Positions 1 to 7,976 of a stretch of 64,000 nt of DNA are shown piece after piece; the first letter of the stretch is position 1; each line of letters begins with the position of its first letter. Made by a program: the position numbers and the translations under genes. The notes under the pieces are model-generated. The model saw only the letters and a list, made by a program, of their open reading frames with translations, did no database searches and was not told where the DNA came from. The stretch is from Gammaproteobacteria bacterium (lineage in GTDB: Bacteria; Pseudomonadota; Gammaproteobacteria; Eutrophobiales; Eutrophobiaceae), in the NCBI GenBank assembly GCA_965222155.1, contig CBDCTH010000012.1:800001-864000 (forward strand). The letters run 5' to 3'.

Positions 1-237
1 GCGGATATTCAGGCCAATTAATATGATCAGAATCAGCAGACCAAGGGCATTGAAGATCAGCAGGCTGAAATAGAACTGATCCGTCTGCACCGAGTTTTGC
101 AGCGCCTTGCTCATTATCAGCAATGAGGCCAGCATGCAACCGAACAGCAGCACGCCCGCCAGCAGTATTAAACGTCCGCCGCTTAGCCCGGATTTCTCAC
201 CAGGTGATGCGATGATTGCACCGGATTTTTTACGCAT
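1..237 (-). CDS. 5' part of an NtrY-like membrane sensor histidine kinase (runs off the window); N-terminus contributed by a MITE
   Basis: Manual translation from ATG 237: MRKKSGAIIASPGEKSGL-SGGRLILLAGVLLFGCMLASLLIMSKALQNS...FYFSLLIFNALGLLILIILIGLNIR, two TM helices. Lies downstream of DUF4390, the usual position of ntrY. Confidence 0.65.
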   Translation of the reverse strand, partial: MRKKSGAIIASPGEKSGLSGGRLILLAGVLLFGCMLASLLIMSKALQNSVQTDQFYFSLLIFNALGLLILIILIGLNIR

Positions 238-589
238 ACGGGCGCCTGCGACCGAAAGCGTAGTGGTTCCTGATGCGCCCCGTCCATGGGGCGCACCCTG
301 CGGGCGTCCTTTGGACGTCCAAATCTGCTCCAGGCAGATTTGTCTGGTTGAGGGACAAATCGTCAGGACAGGCGATTTGCACGGCGACAGCCGCCCGTAG
401 GGTTGCGCCCAGAGCCTGCCCCTGCGGTTGTAAGCAGGGGGATGGGCGCAATGAACACGTGCCCGTATGCGTAAAAAAGACAAGCGAGACAAATCGGCAC
501 GATAGCCGATTTGCACGGCGCAAGCCGCCCGCAGGGTTGCGCCCAGAGAAGGGCGCAATGAACGCATCACCTGGTGAGAAATCCGGGCT
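184..589. mobile_element. MITE with terminal inverted repeats AGCCCGGATTTCTCACCAGGTGATGCG
   Basis: 27-bp perfect TIR at 185-211 and 563-589; internal repeats; the same ends recur at 45063-45323; no transposase. Confidence 0.8.
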
Positions 590-594
590 GTTCA

Positions 595-1155
595 TTATCT
601 GATTGTCCAGTGGTGCCATTCACTGTCCGATTGCCATTTATTCAATATGTAGGCAACAGGTTTTAACGGTGGCGGCAGGTTTTCCACGTTCAATTTAGCT
701 TTGAGCAAGCCGACCAGGTTTGCTTCATCGTCGATATTTTCGCTGTTCAATAATAAGTAACGGTCAAGCGTACCCAGATATTTTAGCGCATTTTCCAATG
801 TGTCGAATTGCCGTCGCTGGGAATTTCTGACATTGGTAACTATGTAGACGTCCGACAGCAGCAGGTGGTCCAGTTTGAATTTGATGATATCCTCTTTGTA
901 AAGCCTGTCCCAGAGCCATTTACGTTTTTCCTTGACCTTGATAATAATATCTATATCCAGGTCCACTCCATGATCAAGCGCCTCCAATAGATCGTCATGC
1001 AGGTAAAAATGTATCCGCGCATCAAGGAAATAACTGTTTTCGACCAACTCACTGGCGACGTGTTCCACTGTAATATTCTCGCCCGCGCATACGTTGACGG
1101 AAAGCAGTATAAATAAAACAACTGACCCGACCCGACTTGTTAATGTCATTCCCAT
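595..1155 (-). CDS. DUF4390 domain-containing exported protein
   Basis: Signal-peptide-like N-terminus, L.EAL.HGV.L motif, C-terminal LPPPL...W..DS.W; context near rsmB/ntrY. Start moved to ATG 1155. Confidence 0.8.
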   Translation of the reverse strand: MGMTLTSRVGSVVLFILLSVNVCAGENITVEHVASELVENSYFLDARIHFYLHDDLLEALDHGVDLDIDIIIKVKEKRKWLWDRLYKEDIIKFKLDHLLLSDVYIVTNVRNSQRRQFDTLENALKYLGTLDRYLLLNSENIDDEANLVGLLKAKLNVENLPPPLKPVAYILNKWQSDSEWHHWTIR

Positions 1156-1247
1156 TGAATACAGTATGGGCACTTTCGTGGCTACGGTCAAAACACACTA
1201 TGTATTCAGCACCTCTCGCGCAAAGCCCCCGACAAAAATAAATCCCT

Positions 1248-2594
1248 GTGCCCGAATTAAAAATAAGAGCTGACTGGCCATTCCCCGTCAAACACTCCCT
1301 TATCTATTATGGCTGGGTGATCTGGCTTGTCTCGTCTATGGGCTTTGTCATGACTATACCCGGACAAACCATGGGTATGGCCGTGTTCACGGATCACTTG
1401 ATTGAGGCACTTGGATTGTCACGGACAGAACTTTCTATCGCGTATTTACTCGGCACTCTTGGCAGTTCTTTATTTCTGACCAGGGCCGGCCGGTTTTACG
1501 ATGAAACGGGTGCCCGGATATCTATTGTCGTCTCAAGTATCGGGCTTGGCTTGTTTGTGAGTTTCATTGCTTGCATTGAGCAGGTCGCCCAGGCCCTGAA
1601 CAACATTACTGCAATTACATCATCGCTCATTACCTTCCCGCTGATTTTACTTGGTTATTTCGGTGTGCGCTTTGCCGGTCAAGGTGTACTCGCAAATTCA
1701 GCCAGGAACGTATTGCTGGTCTGGTTTGAAAAAAGGCGCGGCCTGGTTGTCGGCGCCCGTAGCGTCATTATCACCTTGGGATTTTCCCTGGCGCCTCCGT
1801 TTCTTGCTTTCCTGATCGCTTATTTTGGCTGGCGCGGCGCATTATTCGTCCTTGCCGTTATTTCAGGTGTGATATTCAGCCTGATCGCGCTTATTTTTAT
1901 CAGAGATACCCCCGAATCCTGTGGCCTGTTACCTGATGGCTACGTCACCGAGGACACCGGTAAACCGCCTGCCATACCCAGCCGGACGCTGGTTCAGGCT
2001 AAAAAAAGCCCTGTCTTCTGGATCTATGCGGCTGCGCTTGGTTTTTACTCTTTGTTTGGAACGGCGTTCATTTTTCATATTGTCGCGATATTTGATGAGG
2101 CAGGGAGAAGTTCTGCGGAAGCATTCGCCTACTTTTTCCCGCTCGCAATTGTATCGGTATCCGTTAACCTGACCAGTAGCTGGCTGTCCGACAGGACCCG
2201 GCTCAAGAACCTGCTCGTCGTAAAACTCATGGCTTTTATTCTGGGGGCATGGGGCTTGCTGCATTTACATGAACAGTCAGGATACTGGACTATGGTTGCA
2301 GGTTTCGGCGCTTGCGGCGGTATCTGGGGCGCCCTTTCAAACCTGGCCTTCATACGGTTTTTCGGGCGTCAGCACCTGGGGAAAATCAGTGGTCTGAGCA
2401 TGTCTCTGGTTGTATTCGGCAGCGCCATAGGCCCGGCCTTGTTCAGTGTCGGTTATGATCTGTTCGGCACCTTTCATGCCGCAGTATGGTTAAGCCTTAC
2501 CATTCTGGTTGTGTTATTGATTGCTGCCATCATCATACCGCAACCGGAACCCGTCCCCCTTGTCAGCCCCGAAATTTCACCAATAGATATTTAA
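1248..2594 (+). CDS. MFS transporter
   Basis: About 12 hydrophobic segments, GRFYDETGAR MFS loop motif, WFEKRRG, FFGRQHLGKISG. Confidence 0.9.
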   Translation: MPELKIRADWPFPVKHSLIYYGWVIWLVSSMGFVMTIPGQTMGMAVFTDHLIEALGLSRTELSIAYLLGTLGSSLFLTRAGRFYDETGARISIVVSSIGLGLFVSFIACIEQVAQALNNITAITSSLITFPLILLGYFGVRFAGQGVLANSARNVLLVWFEKRRGLVVGARSVIITLGFSLAPPFLAFLIAYFGWRGALFVLAVISGVIFSLIALIFIRDTPESCGLLPDGYVTEDTGKPPAIPSRTLVQAKKSPVFWIYAAALGFYSLFGTAFIFHIVAIFDEAGRSSAEAFAYFFPLAIVSVSVNLTSSWLSDRTRLKNLLVVKLMAFILGAWGLLHLHEQSGYWTMVAGFGACGGIWGALSNLAFIRFFGRQHLGKISGLSMSLVVFGSAIGPALFSVGYDLFGTFHAAVWLSLTILVVLLIAAIIIPQPEPVPLVSPEISPIDI

Positions 2595-2680
2595 ATTTGG
2601 GACACCCATAAATTTGGGAATAAATTTGGGACACCCATAATTATTGGGCAGCTGAATTTGGGACACCCATAAATTTTGGG
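2592..2680. repeat. Tandem array of AATTTGGGACACCCATAA units
   Basis: Three full copies plus partial copies; same family as 39395-39517. Confidence 0.9.
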
Positions 2681-2752
2681 CGATTCAGGTGGCAAATTTA
2701 TGGAATGTGGTACGCTGCAAACTTTAAAACACGACCGGTATATTGAAATAAC

Positions 2753-3581
2753 ATGAATACCCCCGTCTTTTTCCCAAACGGAGTATCCGTCCCGGCACTG
2801 GGACAGGGTACTTGGTGTATGGGTAAAAATCGCCTGGAGCGGAATTCAGAAGCGGATGCGATACGTCTCGGACTGGATTTGGGCATGACGCTGATCGATA
2901 CGGCAGAGATGTATGATGATGCAGAGATTGTAGTAGGCAAGGCTTTGAAAGGCCGGCGTGATGATGCCTATATAGTGAGTAAGGTGTTGCCTCGCAATGC
3001 ATCTTTTTCGGGTACGATCAAGGCGTGTGAGAAAAGCCTGCGCCGGATGGGGATAGAGTGTATGGACCTGTACCTGCTTCACTGGCCGGGAAGTCACCCG
3101 GTGCAAGAGACCCTGGATGCCTTTGTGCGACTCCGGGAACAGGGAAAAATTGCAGCTTTTGGGGTGAGCAATTTCGATGTTTCAGAGATGGAAGAAGCCT
3201 GGGAATGCCCGGGTGGGCCGAATATCGCGACGAACCAGGTGCTGTACAACTTGGAACGCCGGGAAGTTGAAGGGGAACTGCGTAGCTGGTGTAGGCAGCG
3301 CAACGTGCCGTTGATGGCGTATTCGCCGTTCAACCAGGGGAGACTGGATAGCGCGCCTTTGCAGGCTGTAGCGCAAAGACACAATGCCGGTCCATACCAG
3401 ATCGCGCTGGCGTGGCTGCTGCACCAAAACAACGTGATTGTCATTCCCAAGAGCTCAAGACGGGATCATATCGAGGAAAATCATGCTGCCGCTGAAATCT
3501 CGTTAACAAACTCAAGACTTGGAAGAAATTAACCGGGCATTCCCCTCTCCGGCGGGTGTCTCGTCCCTGAAAATGGTTTGA
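2753..3581 (+). CDS. Aldo/keto reductase (YeaE-like) with an apparent frameshift near 3508
   Basis: LGQGTW, IDTAEMY, SKV, DLYLLHW, GVSNF, NQVLYN, AYSP, IPKS motifs. ORF stops at 3532 but the expected C-terminus (TQDLEEINRAFPSPAGVSSLKMV*) continues in another frame to 3581. Confidence 0.85.
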
Positions 3582-3685
3582 TAATAAGTGTTCTGTTAAT
3601 CCGGCGATGCCTGAGTCCGGATTATATAAACCAATGCTGTCGTGCCCGTGAAGGTGCGCGAATTCAAGTGTCTGTTCTCCATCCA

Positions 3686-4987
3686 TCAACTCATCCTGAG
3701 CAATACCGCATAGTAAAACCCATCCGTAGCATCAAGGCAGGATAGCAATTGCCGGCCGTATTCCGTCGCGATTCCCCATTCTGCCCGGATAGTTTCGATG
3801 TTTGCCGAAGGATGCGTGTCCAGGAATGTTTCGATTACCCGGTCGTTTTCATCATGTAGTATGGAACAGGTCGAATAGACCAGTTTTCCGCCCTGTTTCA
3901 GCAGCGGCCAGATGGATGCCAGCAGTTCCGACTGGGTGTCTTGCAGGATGGGAAGCTGCTCGGGGCTCTTCAAGCGTTTAACATCAGGATGCCGGCGGAT
4001 TACCCCGGTAGCGCTGCATGGTGCGTCCAGCAGGATACGATCATACCGACGCCCATCCCACCAGGTGTCTGTCCTGGTCGCATCTGCCTTGATAACGGTT
4101 GCATTCAGTTTCAGTCTGGTCAGGGTATCGTGCAACCGGCCGATGCGTTTTTCATCGATGTCTATGGCTGTTATTTCAGCAATCGACGGCTGTAATTCGC
4201 AGATATGGGCGGTTTTCCCACCGGGCGCCGCACAAGCGTCCAAGACCCTGTCCCCCGGACTTGGATCCAGCAAGATTGCCGCTAACTGGGCACCGGCGTC
4301 CTGTACTGATACATAACCGTCAGTGAAACCGGGCAGTTCATTGACATCAACCGGGTCCAGTACCTGAATTGCGCAAGGCGTCAGGGCTGTTTTTTCCGCC
4401 TTGATGCCACTCCGGCCCAGGTCCTCCAGGTAATCTTCCCTGGAGGTCTGAGAAACATTTACCCTTAAATGCTGGGGTGGGCGTTGATTATTGGCCGGTA
4501 AAATGGCTTCCCACAGGTCAGGCCAGTCCTGTTTGATCCTGTCAATTAACCAGTGCGGATGCGAATAACGCGCGCTGGCGCTTTGACCCAGTTCCGCTTC
4601 GACCCGGTGAAACTCGCGCTGTGACCTTCTCAGTACCGCATTAACCAACGGTTTTGCCCATGCCTTGTCCAGTTCAACCGTTGCGTTTACCGTTTCAGAT
4701 ATTGCCGCGTGGGCAGGTGTATCAAGGTGGTGCAGTTGGTATAGTCCGACCAGGATCAGTATCCTGATATCGCCGTCCCGCGGTTTCAGGGGTTTGCTCA
4801 GGTAGCGCGCAAGGATAAACTCCAGTTGATCAAACCAGCGCAGAGTCCCGAAGCAAAGCTCCTTGACGAATCCCCGGTCATCCCGGCGTTTGAGTGCAGG
4901 CAGGTGTTCTGCCATTGCTGCGTCCAGGGTGAGTCCGGAATCGACGACCCGGCAGATGATTTTTGCTGAAATTGCCCTAGCCAGCAT
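3686..4987 (-). CDS. rsmB: 16S rRNA m5C967 methyltransferase
   Basis: NusB-like N-terminus, VQD, LDACAAPGGKT, LLDAPCSATGVIRRHPD, YSTCS, DGFYYA; follows fmt. ORF-track start 5020 lies inside a REP, so ATG 4987 is used. Confidence 0.95.
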   Translation of the reverse strand: MLARAISAKIICRVVDSGLTLDAAMAEHLPALKRRDDRGFVKELCFGTLRWFDQLEFILARYLSKPLKPRDGDIRILILVGLYQLHHLDTPAHAAISETVNATVELDKAWAKPLVNAVLRRSQREFHRVEAELGQSASARYSHPHWLIDRIKQDWPDLWEAILPANNQRPPQHLRVNVSQTSREDYLEDLGRSGIKAEKTALTPCAIQVLDPVDVNELPGFTDGYVSVQDAGAQLAAILLDPSPGDRVLDACAAPGGKTAHICELQPSIAEITAIDIDEKRIGRLHDTLTRLKLNATVIKADATRTDTWWDGRRYDRILLDAPCSATGVIRRHPDVKRLKSPEQLPILQDTQSELLASIWPLLKQGGKLVYSTCSILHDENDRVIETFLDTHPSANIETIRAEWGIATEYGRQLLSCLDATDGFYYAVLLRMS

Positions 4988-5013
4988 AAGGTTCCCGGCC
5001 AGAAAACCACGAC

Positions 5014-5108
5014 TCGCCATTCCTGCGAAAGCAGGAATCTAGTGAAACAAAGCGCCGCCTTCGGCGGCACGTCATTGGACTGGATTCCTGCTTTCGCAGG
5101 AATGGCGA
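5014..5108. repeat. REP-like inverted pair (CATTCCTGCGAAAGCAGGAATC family)
   Basis: Two inverted GNRA-loop palindromes between fmt and rsmB. Confidence 0.85.
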
Positions 5109-5145
5109 CAGGGTGCGAAAACATGGTTTGTTCCCTTTTTTCACT

Positions 5146-6078
5146 TCAGCTCTTGGCACTATACATAAACAGGTCAGGATAGCCGTTGTAGAATTCCCTG
5201 ATACGTTGTCTTTTCTTTCCTTCCAGTTGCAGAGCGAGTATCCGTATGGCTTGATTTTTTGTAGATACGTCCAGTCCTTCCGAGGTGTAGGAGATGATTT
5301 CCCCGGGGCTGTTATTCGCGGTATCGGTGTCCAGTATCCGAGCTTCCCAGATACGTATTCTCATATTGTTCAGGCTGGTGAACGCAACCGGCGCCGGGTT
5401 GAACGCGCGAATAGTTCTCTCTACCTGTTCCGCTCCCATATTCCAGTCAATTTCAGCCTCCTGCTTGGTAACCTTGCCGGCATAGGTTGCAAACCTGTCA
5501 TCCTGTTCTCTCATGTCGGCGGCGCCTGCCGCCAGCCTGGCTAGTGCTTCCAACAGGCATTCGCTGCCCAGTGACGCCAGTCGTCCCAACAAGGTTAAAC
5601 CGGTATCGGTATCGTTGATTTCACAGGATTTCTGCAACATGATTTTCCCGGTATCAATACCGCTGTCCATGCGCATGATTGAAATGCCGGTTTCCTTGTC
5701 ACCCGCCTGGATCGCCCGCTGGACAGGAGCGGCGCCGCGCCACCTGGGTAGCAGGGATCCGTGGACGTTGATGCAACCGTAGCAGGGCTGTGATAGTACC
5801 GTTGACGGGAGGATCAAGCCGTAAGCGACGACGATTAACGCGTCGACATCGCCCAGGTCAGCGTCCTGCGCGAGTTCTGCCGGGGTCGCGGGTTGTTTTA
5901 CGGGGATAGCGAACTGCTGTGCAATTTGCTTGACCGGGCTCGGGCGTGCTTTCCTGCCGCGTCCCGCTGGCCGGTCCGGCTGGGTGTAAACATGCTTGAT
6001 TTCGTGCTGCGGGTTTTCCAGCAGCGCGCTGAGAATGACTGCCGCGATATCAGGCGTGCCGGCGAAGGAGAGGTTCAC
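5146..6078 (-). CDS. fmt: Methionyl-tRNA formyltransferase
   Basis: FAGTP, TQPDRPAGRG, VVAYGLILP, INVHGSLLPRWRGAAP. Confidence 0.97.
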   Translation of the reverse strand: MNLSFAGTPDIAAVILSALLENPQHEIKHVYTQPDRPAGRGRKARPSPVKQIAQQFAIPVKQPATPAELAQDADLGDVDALIVVAYGLILPSTVLSQPCYGCINVHGSLLPRWRGAAPVQRAIQAGDKETGISIMRMDSGIDTGKIMLQKSCEINDTDTGLTLLGRLASLGSECLLEALARLAAGAADMREQDDRFATYAGKVTKQEAEIDWNMGAEQVERTIRAFNPAPVAFTSLNNMRIRIWEARILDTDTANNSPGEIISYTSEGLDVSTKNQAIRILALQLEGKKRQRIREFYNGYPDLFMYSAKS

Positions 6079-6581
6079 AAGGCGTGGATTTTGTTCTGCT
6101 TCTCTATTTTCTTACGCAGGCGCTTTTTTTTTATCGGGGACAGATAATCGATGAACAGTTTTCCGTCAAGATGATCGATTTCATGCTGGATGCAGACTGC
6201 GCGCAGACCGTCTGTCTCATCTTCGATTACCTCTCCGTCCAGGTTGAGGTAACGGTAGGAAATTTTTTCAGCCCGCTGCACCAAGTCGGAGTATCCGGGC
6301 ACCGAAAGACAGCCTTCCTCCATTTCCTCGCTCCCTGTTTTCTCAATGATTTCCGGGTTGACCAGGGTCACGGGCGTGTTTCTTTCTGCCGAGAGGTCCA
6401 TGACGACGACCCGCTGTTGTACGTCCACCTGGGTGGCGGCAAGGCCGATGCCGTTTTCCGCGTACATGGTTTCCAGCATATCCTGTGACAGCCTTTTGAT
6501 TCCGGCGTCGACGGCAGCAACGGGATCAGCCTTTTTGCGTAATCGGGGATCCGGAAAATGTAATACGGTTAACCTTGACAT
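6075..6581 (-). CDS. def: Peptide deformylase
   Basis: GIGLAATQ, EGCLS, QHEIDHL. Confidence 0.98.
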   Translation of the reverse strand: MSRLTVLHFPDPRLRKKADPVAAVDAGIKRLSQDMLETMYAENGIGLAATQVDVQQRVVVMDLSAERNTPVTLVNPEIIEKTGSEEMEEGCLSVPGYSDLVQRAEKISYRYLNLDGEVIEDETDGLRAVCIQHEIDHLDGKLFIDYLSPIKKKRLRKKIEKQNKIHAL

Positions 6582-6777
6582 CGAATGTTTGCTCTATAGC
6601 CGTAGCGTCGGCGATGTAAATCTTGGACCATTATCTACAAAAAAAGTGCCGGATGCAAAACAGTGTTTTCGATTGACTCTGAAACTGATCCGGGTTTACA
6701 CTTTCCGGCATTCCGCAAGGGACGTCTTTGCGGGCCTTTCCATATATCAGAAGCTACAATTATCAGGGAGGATATTG

Positions 6778-7926
6778 GTGAACACAGTGATTGCCAGGCT
6801 CACGGATGGGCCTTTTGACCATTCTCAACTTCATTCCTGGCTGGCCTTAATACACGCAGGGGCGGTGGCTGGGCATAACCTGGCGCAGTTGCTGGAGAAA
6901 TTCGTTACTGCCGAGGCTGTTATCGATGCTGTCAAGGCAGGGCTGATCAATCGTTCCCAGTTACCGCTGAAAGCCCTCGAATGCCTGCGCAAACCTGACC
7001 GGAAGGAAATTGAGCGCGAAATCAGGTGGCTGGAACATCCGGACCATCATCTGGTCGCGCTCAATAGTTCTCGTTATCCGGCTTTGTTAAAACAGATATC
7101 GGCGCCGCCTCCGGGCTTGTTCGTGCGTGGCGACCCGGACGTCTTGATGAGTCATCAGGTTGCCATAGTCGGGAGTCGAAAACCGACCATTGATGGCCGC
7201 AAGGACGCTGGATATTTTGCTGCAGAACTCGCAAAACAAGGGATTACCGTGACCAGCGGGTTAGCTCAAGGGATAGATACCGAAGCCCACAGAGGCGCTC
7301 TGACCCAACAAGGCAGGACTGTGGCGGTGTTAGGCAGTGGGCTGGATTGCATTTACCCGAAGGTAAATGCCGGGTTGGCCGATAAAATCAGTGAAGACGG
7401 AGCGCTGGTCTCTGAATTTCCGCTGTCCCAGCGGCCGTTTGCCGGAAATTTTCCGCGCCGCAACCGGATCATCAGTGGCCTCAGTGCCGGAGTTCTGGTA
7501 GTTGAAGCAGCACATTATAGCGGTTCACTGATCACAGCAAGACATGCACTTGAGCAGAACCGGGAGGTTTTTGCCGTGCCGGGATCCATCAGGAACCCCA
7601 TGAAGCAGGGCTGTCATGGTTTGCTGCGCGAAGGGGCCGGACTGGTGGAGCGTGTCGAAGATATTTTTGCTGCGCTCGACCAGTTCAAGGTCCTCACCGA
7701 GTCCTCCTCCGCAGCGGCTGCCGCGCGAACTGAAACCATAAACGGACTTGACGAACAGGAAAAAGTCCTGCTTGATAATATAGGATATGAGCCTACGGGC
7801 CTGGACGAAATCGTCAATATGACGAAATTCGGGATTGAGGACATAATGGGTAAGCTGTTAAATCTGGAACTGGCCGGATTGATTACGACTGTTGCCCCAG
7901 GCTCGTACGTCCGCGGTAGGCGCTAA
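6778..7926 (+). CDS. dprA: DNA-processing protein DprA/Smf
   Basis: VAIVGSR, SGLAQGID, FPRRNRIISGLS, SGSLITA, GREVFAVPG-like; GGAGG RBS before GTG 6778. Confidence 0.95.
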   Translation: MNTVIARLTDGPFDHSQLHSWLALIHAGAVAGHNLAQLLEKFVTAEAVIDAVKAGLINRSQLPLKALECLRKPDRKEIEREIRWLEHPDHHLVALNSSRYPALLKQISAPPPGLFVRGDPDVLMSHQVAIVGSRKPTIDGRKDAGYFAAELAKQGITVTSGLAQGIDTEAHRGALTQQGRTVAVLGSGLDCIYPKVNAGLADKISEDGALVSEFPLSQRPFAGNFPRRNRIISGLSAGVLVVEAAHYSGSLITARHALEQNREVFAVPGSIRNPMKQGCHGLLREGAGLVERVEDIFAALDQFKVLTESSSAAAAARTETINGLDEQEKVLLDNIGYEPTGLDEIVNMTKFGIEDIMGKLLNLELAGLITTVAPGSYVRGRR

Positions 7927-7976
7927 CTGCCGTTGCCGGAATAGAGATAAACAATAATAAAGTAGAAAAAAATAAG

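Noticed and set aside
107-619. ORFs 107-400, 230-619 and 273-602
   Set aside because: They lie in or across the MITE and have no protein-family features
3441-3689. 82-aa ORF coupled to the rsmB stop
   Set aside because: No recognisable motif, and it overlaps the AKR 3' end on the opposite strand
6346-6777. Long N-terminal extension of dprA
   Set aside because: Overlaps def antisense; a good RBS and start lie at 6778
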